From NCBI GenBank assembly GCA_963169635.1, contig CAUJDL010000064.1:1881-65880 (forward strand): 64,000 bases of DNA. Direction: 5' to 3'. Shown here in pieces: positions 28,301 through 37,907 of this stretch (its first letter is position 1; each line of letters begins with the position of its first letter). Under the pieces are notes generated by a model. The model was not told where the DNA came from, did not search any database, and was given only the letters and a program-made list of their open reading frames with translations. The DNA comes from Bacteroidota bacterium (GTDB lineage: Bacteria; Bacteroidota; Bacteroidia; Chitinophagales; Chitinophagaceae). Both the position numbers and the translations under genes were made by a program.

Positions 28301-29821
28301 TTATTGCCATTTATCTCTAAGTAAAGGCATACTCATACAATGAGAGCCTCCTCTTGCTCTAGAAAGTTCTGCAGATGGTATTAAAATTAAAGTATCTTCA
28401 AGGCTATGAGGTGCAACACCAGATTCAAACATAGCAAATGCTTGGTCTGTTGTAATTACTTTAAAGCCTGCTGCAATAAATTCTTCAGATGTTTTATCAT
28501 TTCTATCATAACCAATTACTACACCTTCTTTTAATGCTACAACATTACAAGAGTCTGTCCATTGCTCACGTTCATCATAAGGAAATTGATTGCCACCACT
28601 ATAAATAATTTTTACATCAGCAGGTTTTACACCAAAATCTTTTTCAGAAATTTGACGAAGTAAAGATTCTAATCCTGCAGGTACATTTTCTTCTACTCTA
28701 TAAGATATATTTTTTTGATAAGGCTCTTTACTGCTTTTATAAAACTGAAATATTTCTACTTCTTCTAATTCTGTTTTTCTTGGATGATGCGATAAACTTT
28801 TTAAATAAGATTTTTTCATGTTTTCTTCTTCTTGCAAAATCTTATCAGAATAACGACCATATAATACCCAAACACCTCTTTTTACTTGTGTAAAAATGGT
28901 ATCTATATGCATTTGAGCTCTTGTTTTAGGAATTTTTACTACAGAAATTTTTTCTATTCCTAATTGGCTATTACTAAAAATTGTGTGTATAATTTCGTTA
29001 ATAGCATTTGCAGAAGTTCTGGCACTACAACCTACAAGTAAATGTGTAGGGTGTATCATCATAATATCGCCACCTTCTATAGATACTACACGTTGTTTAC
29101 GTTCATCTTCTTCGTATAAAAAATAATCACTTTCTTCAATTATTTCTATTACTTTTTCGGGTTGTTCGTTAAATAAAAAGTAGAGTGCTAAAAATTTAGA
29201 AATTAAAGATTCTCTTTTACGAGCAGTAGTAGCCATTCTGCTTAATAAAATATGATCTTTTAGCATGATGCTAATATCTCTGGTAAAAATAAAATTAGGT
29301 ATTGGTGGAAAAATGTATTGATCTTCTTTGATATCTTTTTCATTTGCAGGAAAAATACCTGTAATAAAAATTTTAGCTAATAATGCAGGGTTATCAATAT
29401 TTTCTAATTTATGTTGTATGTGCATACTTGTTTCTTCATAAGAACAAATAGCAGCAATTAATCTAAGTCTAACTTTTTCGTCTTTTACAATTTCTTCTAA
29501 TAATGCTTGAGTTTCTAATACTTTATCTGAATTAAAATATTCTTTTTTTCCAGGTATAAAACAAAAACCTGCATTTTCTTCAGTTTCGTTTTTACTAAAT
29601 TCTGTTACATATTTTGCTTTCTCTGGGTCTAAATAGTATAATAATAATTTTACATAATGATTATACTCTTTTTGCATCTTTTTTAAATGCACTATATCAT
29701 CATATAAATTATCAGAAAAAGTACCAGGTATAATTTTTCCTATGCCACCATCTGGACTATGTATTAATAATTTTTTCAAAGTACCCAACTCCGAGTCTAC
29801 GTAATAATGTTGCTTTTGCAT
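28301..29821 (-). CDS. Arginine deiminase family protein (long form)
   Basis: Motifs SELGTLKKLLIHSP, FIFTRD, IEGGDIMMI, MHIDTIF and C-terminal RGGSHCMSMPL match the ADI catalytic framework. About 100 aa longer than classical ArcA. ATG at 29821 is preferred over the TTG at 29890. Confidence 0.7.
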   Translation of the reverse strand: MQKQHYYVDSELGTLKKLLIHSPDGGIGKIIPGTFSDNLYDDIVHLKKMQKEYNHYVKLLLYYLDPEKAKYVTEFSKNETEENAGFCFIPGKKEYFNSDKVLETQALLEEIVKDEKVRLRLIAAICSYEETSMHIQHKLENIDNPALLAKIFITGIFPANEKDIKEDQYIFPPIPNFIFTRDISIMLKDHILLSRMATTARKRESLISKFLALYFLFNEQPEKVIEIIEESDYFLYEEDERKQRVVSIEGGDIMMIHPTHLLVGCSARTSANAINEIIHTIFSNSQLGIEKISVVKIPKTRAQMHIDTIFTQVKRGVWVLYGRYSDKILQEEENMKKSYLKSLSHHPRKTELEEVEIFQFYKSSKEPYQKNISYRVEENVPAGLESLLRQISEKDFGVKPADVKIIYSGGNQFPYDEREQWTDSCNVVALKEGVVIGYDRNDKTSEEFIAAGFKVITTDQAFAMFESGVAPHSLEDTLILIPSAELSRARGGSHCMSMPLLRDKWQ

Positions 29822-30045
29822 AAAAATATTTTTAAAAAAATTTTCAGAAAGTATGTTGGTACTATTTTTTTGAGAAGAAGTATGTACCAAATCAAATATT
29901 AAAAATAAAAGCTAAAACATTGACAAGCAAAGCTATAGCTTTCCATCATTGCTTTCTGAATGTGTTGCAAAATAAGGCTTTTCGGTTAATGAAAAAAATA
30001 CTAAAGCAAGATATCATTAGCTTTTAAGTATTCATTGTAATAAAT

Positions 30046-30073
30046 GAAAAAGCACCTCTTTTAAAGAGATGCT
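30046..30073 (-). terminator. Rho-independent terminator after the small lipoprotein gene
   Basis: On the minus strand, AGCATCTCTTT / AAAGAGGTGCT (one G-U pair) followed by TTTTT. Confidence 0.5.
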
Positions 30074-30124
30074 TATAAATAGACTACGGATTAAGTAGGA
30101 ATTAAAAATAATAATCCTACATGT

Positions 30125-30541
30125 TTACATTTTATTACGCTGAAACTTTAAAACATTTGTATAGCCCCAATCGCCATTTGCTAATGTATAACGTACCATA
30201 TAATACATTGTAGAGCTTTTAGGGTTTGTATCTACTACATGATAATTTTTTAATTGACTGCTATTGATATTAATATTTACTGTAAAAATGGCACATAAGT
30301 AATTAGATGTTTCACCACTCATTAATTCTATTTTAGTAATATTTTTTTCGTAAAGAGTAGAGAAATCTATATTGATAGATGAACCTGTATTAGCAGTTGC
30401 TACAATAGAACGAATAGCTAAATTAGCATCTTTAAAGAAAAATTGATTAGTAGTTTCTTCTGTAGGAGCTACAAAATTATCGCTCTTAGAGCAAGAAGTA
30501 AATAATATAATTGTTAATAATAAACCGAATAACTTTTTCAT
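30125..30541 (-). CDS. Small lipoprotein of unknown function
   Basis: Lipobox MKKLFGLLLTIILFTSCSK. The C-terminal half loosely resembles the beta-sandwich module seen before the T9SS sorting domains in this window. Confidence 0.5.
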   Translation of the reverse strand: MKKLFGLLLTIILFTSCSKSDNFVAPTEETTNQFFFKDANLAIRSIVATANTGSSINIDFSTLYEKNITKIELMSGETSNYLCAIFTVNININSSQLKNYHVVDTNPKSSTMYYMVRYTLANGDWGYTNVLKFQRNKM

Positions 30542-30936
30542 TTCCTGAAATTGAATTTTTAATAATTTTAATTTTCAGGTAATTCAAAGAATATAAAAAT
30601 GGACTCTATCGGTTTTTACAAGAAGAATTGGATAATCTCAAAGATACTTCTATTAATTCAAAGGCAATGCCAAAAAAAATAAATTTAGCTTTTAGCATTA
30701 TATTTAATTGATTTTCATTTGATTACAAATATTTTAAAGTATTAGCAATATATAAAAATGTTTCAAAATCTTCCCTTTTTTGGAAAATAAATATACAATT
30801 GGGACAAGTCTATAATTGGGTATTAATAAAAAATATTTTGAGAAGAAAATAAGTATAAAACACCTAAGTTTTCATTTACTTTAAAAATAACTTTCATATT
30901 TATAGAAGCTCCTGAAATTTTTAATGCCTATTTAAT

Positions 30937-30944
30937 TATCTTCG
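30937..30944 (+). promoter_or_regulatory. -7-like box TATCTTCG (within the 12-mer TTATCTTCGCTA) upstream of rny
   Basis: One-position variant of TAnnTTTG. The same 12-mer recurs at 40308 and 41849. It lies 81 nt before the ATG at 31025. Confidence 0.25.
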
Positions 30945-31024
30945 CTACCTAACTATCGTTACTAAAATTATGCGATATTTTATAAATAAATTGATTTTGA
31001 ACCAACTAAAAAATTACGAAACAA

Positions 31025-32587
31025 ATGGATCCATTAATAATTATTATCATTGGGGTTGTAAGTTTAATTGTAGGGATATTGGCGGGTAAGCTAATTTTTG
31101 CCAAAAACACTAAAAAAATAATAGAAACTGCAGAATTAAAAGCACAAACCATTATCAGAGAATCTGAATTAACATCTGAAAATGTAAAAAAAGAAAAAGA
31201 ACTTGAAGCAAAAGAAAAGTTTGTACAATTAAAATCTCAACACGATAAAGAAGTTTTTGAACGTAATAGAAAATTAAGTGATGCTGAAAACAGAGTTAAG
31301 CAAAAAGAAGTTTCTATTAATCAAAAAGAAGCAAATTTTGATAAGCAAATAAAAGAAAATGAAGCTATCAAAGAAACACTTAACAGGCAAATAGAAATTG
31401 TAAATATTAAGCGTACCGAACTTGAAAAACATCAAGAAGAACATATACGTAGATTAGAAAAAATTGCAGGCTTAAGTGCCGATGAAGCAAAAGCACAATT
31501 AGTAGAAAGCCTAAAAAATGAGGCTCAAACACAAGCCCTTTCTTTACAACAAGAAATAATTGAAGAAGCTAAACAAAAAGCTAATAAAGAAGCTCGTAAA
31601 ATAGTTATTCAAAGTATTCAAAGAACAGCTGCAGAACAAACAATTGAAAATACAGTAACAGTTTTTCAATTAGAAAGTGATGAAATTAAAGGCCAAATTA
31701 TTGGTAGAGAAGGTAGAAATATTAGAGCAATAGAAGCTGCAACAGGGGTAGATTTAATTGTAGATGATACACCAGAAGCTGTAGTACTTTCTTGCTTTGA
31801 CCCTTTAAGAAGAGAACTTGCTCGTTTAAGTTTACAACGTTTAGTTGCAGATGGTCGTATTCATCCTGCAAGAATTGAAGAAGTAGTAGATAAAACACGT
31901 AAACAATTAGAAGAGCAAATTATAGAAATTGGCGAAAGAACAGTAATAGAATTAGGTATTCATGGTTTGCATAAAGAATTAGTACGTATTGTAGGTAAAA
32001 TGCGTTTTCGTAGTTCTTATGGTCAAAACTTATTAATGCATAGTAGAGAAACTGCTAACCTTTGTGGAATAATGGCAGCAGAATTAGGCTTAAATCCTAA
32101 GTTAGCAAAACGTGCAGGTTTATTACATGATATTGGTAAAGTACCAGACGAAGAAACTGAATTAAGCCATGCTTTATTAGGTGCTAAATTAGCAGAAAAA
32201 TATGGCGAAAATCCTGCAGTTGTAAATGCTATTGGTGCACACCACGACGAAATGGATATGCAATATGTAATTTCTCCTATTGTACAAGCATGTGATGCTA
32301 TAAGTGGTGCAAGACCAGGTGCAAGAAGAGAAATTATGCAACAATATATTCAGCGTATTAAAGATTTAGAAAGCTTAGCTATGAACTATCAAGGTGTAGA
32401 AAAAGCTTATGCTATACAAGCTGGTAGAGAGTTACGTGTAATTGTAGAATCTGAAAAAGTAACTGATAGCGATAGCGATAAATTAAGTTTTGAAATAGCT
32501 CAGAAAATACAAACAGAAATGACTTATCCTGGTCAAATTAAAGTTACTGTAATACGAGAAAAAAGAGCTGTAAATGTTGCTAAGTAA
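31025..32587 (+). CDS. rny: Ribonuclease Y
   Basis: N-terminal membrane anchor, coiled coil, KH domain ([26 protein letters not shown]) and HD domain (LLHDIGK, GAHHDE). Confidence 0.9.
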   Translation: MDPLIIIIIGVVSLIVGILAGKLIFAKNTKKIIETAELKAQTIIRESELTSENVKKEKELEAKEKFVQLKSQHDKEVFERNRKLSDAENRVKQKEVSINQKEANFDKQIKENEAIKETLNRQIEIVNIKRTELEKHQEEHIRRLEKIAGLSADEAKAQLVESLKNEAQTQALSLQQEIIEEAKQKANKEARKIVIQSIQRTAAEQTIENTVTVFQLESDEIKGQIIGREGRNIRAIEAATGVDLIVDDTPEAVVLSCFDPLRRELARLSLQRLVADGRIHPARIEEVVDKTRKQLEEQIIEIGERTVIELGIHGLHKELVRIVGKMRFRSSYGQNLLMHSRETANLCGIMAAELGLNPKLAKRAGLLHDIGKVPDEETELSHALLGAKLAEKYGENPAVVNAIGAHHDEMDMQYVISPIVQACDAISGARPGARREIMQQYIQRIKDLESLAMNYQGVEKAYAIQAGRELRVIVESEKVTDSDSDKLSFEIAQKIQTEMTYPGQIKVTVIREKRAVNVAK

Positions 32588-32605
32588 TTAATTGCAATAG
32601 TCCAT

Positions 32606-34408
32606 TTATTGGTGATGATTAAATTGCATATTATATAGTTTGGTATAATAACCATTGCTATTTAATAGCTCATCGTGTGTGCCTATTTCTTTAATTTCTC
32701 CTTTATCTAACACTATTATTTTATTTGCTTTTCTAATAGTACTTAATCTGTGTGCAATAACAATTGATGTTCTTCCTGCAATTAATTGTTCAGTAGCTTT
32801 TTGAATTAGCAATTCACTTTCTGTATCAATAGAAGATGTAGCTTCATCTAAAATAAGTATAGAAGGATTGTATAATAATGCTCTGATAAAAGAAATTAAT
32901 TGCCGTTGTCCCATACTTAAAGATGTACCTCTTTCGCCAATAGAAAAATAATAACCTTTAGGTAATTGCATAATAAAATCATGTACACCAATCATTTTAG
33001 CTGCATTAATTACTTGTTGTTCTGTAATAGCAGTATTATATAAAGTAATATTATCCATTATAGTACCTGAAAAAAGAAATACATCTTGCAAAACCACTGC
33101 AATATTTTTTCTTAAATGTTCATTACTATAAGTATGAATACTTTTATCATCTATTAAAATATCGCCTTGCTGAAAATCGTATAATTTATTTAAAATACTA
33201 ATGATAGATGTTTTGCCACTACCTGTATGGCCTACTAATGCAATGGTTTCTCCTTCATTTACCTGAAAAGAAATATCTTTTAATACATATTGACTTTCGT
33301 TATAAGCAAACCAAACTTGTTTAAATGCAATATTGCCTTTTATGGTATCTGTTGATATGCTTGTATTGTTTATAATTTCTACATCTGAATTATCTAAAAC
33401 TTTAAACACACGTTCTGCAGCTATCATACCCATTTGTAGTACATTAAATTTATCTGCAATAATTCTTAATGGCCTAAATATTTGATTAAGGTATAAAATA
33501 AAAGCAATTAACAAACCTGGATTTAATTGTTGTGCAGCAATCCACCAAACTGTTAAACCAATACCTATAGCAAGTACTAACTCTACAATAGGAAAAAAAA
33601 CACTGTAAGCAAATATGGCTTTTATGTTTGCACTTCTATGTTCTTTATTAATAGTATCAAACTTTCTAAACTCTCTTTCTTCTGCTGCAAATGCTTGTAC
33701 AATGGTAATACCTGTTAAATGCTCTTGTACAAAAGCATTTAAGTTAGCAATTGCATTTCTTACACTGATAAAACTTGCATTGACACTTTCTTTAAAATAA
33801 TATGTTGCAACAATTAAAAATGGAAAGGGTATTAATGCAATAAGTGTTAATTGCCAATCAATCCAAAACATAGTAACTAATGTAATGATGATAATAAGTA
33901 AATCTGAAATAATAGGGATTAAACCATTACTAAAAATTTCATTAATACTTTCAATATCATTCACTGTTCTTGTAGTTAATGTACCAATAGGGGTTTTATC
34001 AAATTGTCTAAGTTTTAGTTGTAGTATTTTTTTAAATGTAGCTATTCTTAAATCCTTTACTACATATTGTCCAAGTTTAGCAGTAATAAAAGCAAAAACA
34101 AAACGTAATAATGTTTCAAAAAATATAAATACAATTTGAAAAACAGTTACCCAAATAACTACTTGTGTTACTATATGTAAATCTTTAGAAAATAAAATAT
34201 AATGTAACCACTGTGGTATTATTACATCTTTACCAATTGCTTTATCTATTGTAAGCTGTATTAAGTAAGGACGAATAGGAGCTATTAAAGCAATAATTAT
34301 TGCTAATAAAATACTTATATAAAACCAACTTTTATAAGGCCTAACGTAAGTTAATATTCTTTGTAGTAAACTTAAATTAAAAATTCTTTTTTTATCGCCA
34401 TTGCTCAT
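32606..34408 (-). CDS. ABC exporter, fused permease/ATPase (multidrug/lipid type)
   Basis: Six-TM N-domain, Walker A GHTGSGKTS, signature LSMGQRQ, Walker B ILILDEATSSID. Confidence 0.8.
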   Translation of the reverse strand: MSNGDKKRIFNLSLLQRILTYVRPYKSWFYISILLAIIIALIAPIRPYLIQLTIDKAIGKDVIIPQWLHYILFSKDLHIVTQVVIWVTVFQIVFIFFETLLRFVFAFITAKLGQYVVKDLRIATFKKILQLKLRQFDKTPIGTLTTRTVNDIESINEIFSNGLIPIISDLLIIIITLVTMFWIDWQLTLIALIPFPFLIVATYYFKESVNASFISVRNAIANLNAFVQEHLTGITIVQAFAAEEREFRKFDTINKEHRSANIKAIFAYSVFFPIVELVLAIGIGLTVWWIAAQQLNPGLLIAFILYLNQIFRPLRIIADKFNVLQMGMIAAERVFKVLDNSDVEIINNTSISTDTIKGNIAFKQVWFAYNESQYVLKDISFQVNEGETIALVGHTGSGKTSIISILNKLYDFQQGDILIDDKSIHTYSNEHLRKNIAVVLQDVFLFSGTIMDNITLYNTAITEQQVINAAKMIGVHDFIMQLPKGYYFSIGERGTSLSMGQRQLISFIRALLYNPSILILDEATSSIDTESELLIQKATEQLIAGRTSIVIAHRLSTIRKANKIIVLDKGEIKEIGTHDELLNSNGYYTKLYNMQFNHHQ

Positions 34409-34505
34409 ACTTAATGCAAATGTATGTGCATAAACTAAGAGAATTTATAAACTACACAAACATTTAAGTAAGTGTAAAATAAAAAATAAAAGACAAGCTT
34501 ATTTT

Positions 34506-35447
34506 TTATAAAAAATTTCTTACTGTATAATATTTATTAACAAACGCTAATAGTTTTTGCTGATTAAGATGTGTAGCAATAGCACCATTAACTTGTAATA
34601 TTTCGGCACTAAGGGTATGAGAAATTTTAAGACTATCTTCATCATCCATACCTAAATATTTTGCCATTAACCAACCACTTAAACTACCATCTCCTGCACC
34701 TGTTACATCTTTAATTTCTGCAACTGCTGGTGCTGGTAAGCTATATTGATTATCTTTTGTAAAAAGCATAGAGCCTTCTTTACCTCTGTGCAACCACACT
34801 TTTTGTACACCTCTGCTAATTAGTTCATTTGCATTTTCTTCAATTGTAGTACCACCTTTACTACACATTGCAGGTAGTTCATCTTCATTAGGAGTAATCA
34901 TATACACACCTGTTAAATCCATTTTAGCAAATTTTTGTGCAGGAGGCACCGAGACAGGTTCTATAATAAATGGAATATTTTTTCTAAAACAAAAATGTGC
35001 TAACCATGCTACAGTATCAGGATGAATATTTGCATCTGCAACAATACTAAATGCTGTAGATAACAATGCTTCGTGTTGCTGTAAATGTTGTGGTGTAATA
35101 CTATCTAAAGATGTATTAGTTAATAATGCTGTAAATAATGAACGATCGTAATTTAATATGCCTGTATATTTTCCTGTTAATGATTGATTAGTAATAGCTG
35201 CATCTAATTGTATATTTACATAACCACAAATTGTTTTTAACCAATCGCCTTCTCCATCATTGCCAAATACACTTATTAATTGTACAGGCACATCTAACAA
35301 TGCTAATTGATGAGCAATATTTCTTGCTACACCACCTGCACTTCTATGTACAAATGCATCGTTAGTTGTAGCCATTAACATTGGTCTAGATACACTGTAC
35401 AACTCATCTACTAAAGCTGCACCAATACAAATAACAGGCTTTTTCAT
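34506..35447 (-). CDS. PfkB-family carbohydrate kinase (pseudouridine/ribokinase-like)
   Basis: Motifs GGVARNIAHQLALL and DVTGAGDGSLSGW (PfkB signature regions). Confidence 0.7.
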   Translation of the reverse strand: MKKPVICIGAALVDELYSVSRPMLMATTNDAFVHRSAGGVARNIAHQLALLDVPVQLISVFGNDGEGDWLKTICGYVNIQLDAAITNQSLTGKYTGILNYDRSLFTALLTNTSLDSITPQHLQQHEALLSTAFSIVADANIHPDTVAWLAHFCFRKNIPFIIEPVSVPPAQKFAKMDLTGVYMITPNEDELPAMCSKGGTTIEENANELISRGVQKVWLHRGKEGSMLFTKDNQYSLPAPAVAEIKDVTGAGDGSLSGWLMAKYLGMDDEDSLKISHTLSAEILQVNGAIATHLNQQKLLAFVNKYYTVRNFL

Positions 35448-35570
35448 AACGGCAAATGTAGGCGTTTGTTTAAGTAAGTTTTTATTTATTACTAATATAA
35501 TTTTTAATTAAAAATTAAACTACTACTGATGATAATTTTTTTAAAGTAATGAGTTGTAAATAAAATATTT

Positions 35571-36185
35571 TTAATCTTCTCTTTGTTTTTTCTTTCCTAC
35601 ATACATTTTTTCTCCTGCCAATATTGCAATAGATAAATGATTTTCTCTTGGTGGAATAGGACAGTTGTAACCATAAGCATAAACACAATATGGATTGTAA
35701 GCTTTATTAAAATCTATTGTTACTTTATTTTCTTTTATAGTTGATATCAGTAAATCAATATATCTGCCACCTCCATAACTTTCTGTGCCACTGGTTAAAT
35801 CTGTAAAAGGCAGAAATAAATATTTATCTAAAGCAGTATCTTGTTTAGAAGCATCACTTATATAAACAGTTAATGTTAATGAAGTATTTTTTATGGTAAA
35901 ATCTAATGTTCCATATCTATAAAATTTTTTGTCTTTAGTACCAGATGTTTTCATAATAAAACCAACGGTATCGTACAGTTGCGTAAAGTTTGCCAATACT
36001 TTATATTGAATATTGGGTGTAAAAAATCTTAATCCTTTCTTATCTTTTCCTTTTACTACTTCATGCTCTTGTATATAAGTTTGTTGATAGGCTCTAATAT
36101 CTTGTACATAGTTTTTTTGTGCTAATAATGGATTAGTAAAAATGATTACTATAGATATTGTCATTAATATTTTTAACTTCTGCAT
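35571..36185 (-). CDS. DUF1684 domain protein (secreted)
   Basis: Signal peptide. C-terminal AYNPYCVYAYGYNCPIPPRENHL matches the conserved DUF1684 motif. Confidence 0.7.
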   Translation of the reverse strand: MQKLKILMTISIVIIFTNPLLAQKNYVQDIRAYQQTYIQEHEVVKGKDKKGLRFFTPNIQYKVLANFTQLYDTVGFIMKTSGTKDKKFYRYGTLDFTIKNTSLTLTVYISDASKQDTALDKYLFLPFTDLTSGTESYGGGRYIDLLISTIKENKVTIDFNKAYNPYCVYAYGYNCPIPPRENHLSIAILAGEKMYVGKKKQRED

Positions 36186-36370
36186 GTGTTTGATAGTTAA
36201 TGATTAAAAAATAGCATGGTAAAATATCCTTTTATCCTTTGTAAAGTTCATTTAAAAAAAATATATTTTAAAAAACAAATACACTACTATTTTTGTTGTT
36301 ATAATATATTATTGCCACACAACTTTAATCATCAGCAATATGAAAGTCTAAGCAGGGCTTAGATTCTTTT

Positions 36371-36435
36371 AATAAGAAACAGCCCATACACAACTCTTTT
36401 CAAAATATGCTTTACAAAAAAGCATTGTTTCTTAT
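36371..36435 (+). repeat. Perfect 11-bp inverted repeat AATAAGAAACA / TGTTTCTTATT enclosing a small hairpin, in the leader of the MATE gene
   Basis: Arms at 36371-36381 and 36425-36435, with an inner ATGC/GCAT hairpin at 36407-36424. The element ends 27 nt before the ATG at 36462. Confidence 0.6.
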
Positions 36436-36461
36436 TATAAATTTCTCAATTAATTTTTAAA

Positions 36462-37856
36462 ATGACGACAACTAAATTATACATCAATATACAATCTATC
36501 ATTGCGTTTATTAAAGAATCTCTTAACAGTGAAGATAAAGATTTTACTACAGGCAGTTTGCGTAAAGCTGTTTTTTTATTAGCCATACCCATGATTTTAG
36601 AAATGTGTATGGAAAGCATTTTTGCTGTGGTAGATATATTTTTTGTAAGCAAATTAGGAGCTTTAGCTACTGCTACTGTTGGTTTATCTGAGAGTATGCT
36701 AAGCATTATTTATTCTTTAGGTTTTGGAATAAGTATGGCAACAACAGCAATGGTGGCAAGAAGAATTGGAGAAAAAAAATATACCGATGCTGCAAAAGCT
36801 GCATCTCAATCTATTTTAATAGCTATTTTAATAAGTATTATTATTAGTATAATAGGTATTGTGTTTTCAAAAGAACTTTTATACTTAATGGGTGCTAATA
36901 AAGAAATTGTAGAATATGGATATCAATACACAGCAATTATGTTAGGTGGCAATATTGTTATCATGCTTTTATTTTTATTAAATGGTATTTTTAGAGGTGC
37001 TGGTAATGCTGCAATTGCTATGAAAAGTTTATGGGTAGCTAATATTTGCAATATTATTTTATGTCCTATACTTATTCATTTTTATGGTATTGTAGGTGCT
37101 GCAATTGCTACAACAATTGGTAGAGGTATTGGTGTAATTTATCAAATACATCAATTAATAAAAAGTAAAGGGTTTATACAATTATATGCTCATTATTTTA
37201 AGCCAACATTTAGTATCATCAAAAGTTTATTAAATGTAACTATTACTGCTACATTACAATTTATTATTGCAAGTGCCAGTTGGATTGCTTTAGCAAGAAT
37301 TATGACAAGCTTTGGCAGTAATGCTATTGCAGGTTATACAATTGCTATAAGATTAGTAGTATTTTTTATTTTACCTGCTTTTGGTTTTAGTAATGCTGCT
37401 GCAACATTAGTAGGTCAAAATCTTGGTGCACAACAACCAGAACGTGCAGCAAAAAGTGTATGGAAGGTAGCAAAGTATAATGCTATTTATATGGGTATTG
37501 TGTCTTTATTATTTTTAATTGGAGCAGAGTATTTTGTTCATTTTTTTACACACGACCCAATAGTTAAACAAACTGCTGTAAATGCTTTAAGAGTTATTAG
37601 CTTAGGATATATTTTTTATGGTATTGGTATGGTAATGATGAATGCATTTAATGGTGCAGGCGATACTAAAACACCTACAATTATTAATTTATGTTGGTTT
37701 TGGGTTTTTCAAATTCCGCTGGCGTATGTTGCTGCATTTATTTTTAATTGGGGCGAATGGGGTATTTATATTGCTATTGTAATTACAGAAACTTTTATTA
37801 CCCTAACAGCTATTTATTTATTTAAAAAAGGTAAATGGAAATTGGTAAAAATTTAA
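36462..37856 (+). CDS. MATE family efflux transporter
   Basis: 464 aa, 12 predicted TM helices, two-lobed repeat, with conserved NorM-like segments (PMILEMCMESIFAVVDIFFV, GAGDTKTP). Confidence 0.85.
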   Translation: MTTTKLYINIQSIIAFIKESLNSEDKDFTTGSLRKAVFLLAIPMILEMCMESIFAVVDIFFVSKLGALATATVGLSESMLSIIYSLGFGISMATTAMVARRIGEKKYTDAAKAASQSILIAILISIIISIIGIVFSKELLYLMGANKEIVEYGYQYTAIMLGGNIVIMLLFLLNGIFRGAGNAAIAMKSLWVANICNIILCPILIHFYGIVGAAIATTIGRGIGVIYQIHQLIKSKGFIQLYAHYFKPTFSIIKSLLNVTITATLQFIIASASWIALARIMTSFGSNAIAGYTIAIRLVVFFILPAFGFSNAAATLVGQNLGAQQPERAAKSVWKVAKYNAIYMGIVSLLFLIGAEYFVHFFTHDPIVKQTAVNALRVISLGYIFYGIGMVMMNAFNGAGDTKTPTIINLCWFWVFQIPLAYVAAFIFNWGEWGIYIAIVITETFITLTAIYLFKKGKWKLVKI

Positions 37857-37873
37857 AATAGATTTTAAAAATT

Positions 37874-37900
37874 AAAGGCTGATAAAATTTATCAGCCTTT
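37874..37900. terminator. Bidirectional terminator between convergent genes
   Basis: Perfect 13-nt palindrome arms AAAGGCTGATAAA / TTTATCAGCCTTT. Confidence 0.55.
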
Positions 37901-37907
37901 ATTACTA

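Noticed and set aside
30600-30880. Short ORFs of about 25-31 codons and a possible 6S-like RNA in the long gap upstream of rny.
   Set aside because: The ORFs have no features of real small proteins. I could not fold the region into the long, bubble-containing hairpin expected of 6S RNA. The gap is kept only as a low-interest unexplained region.
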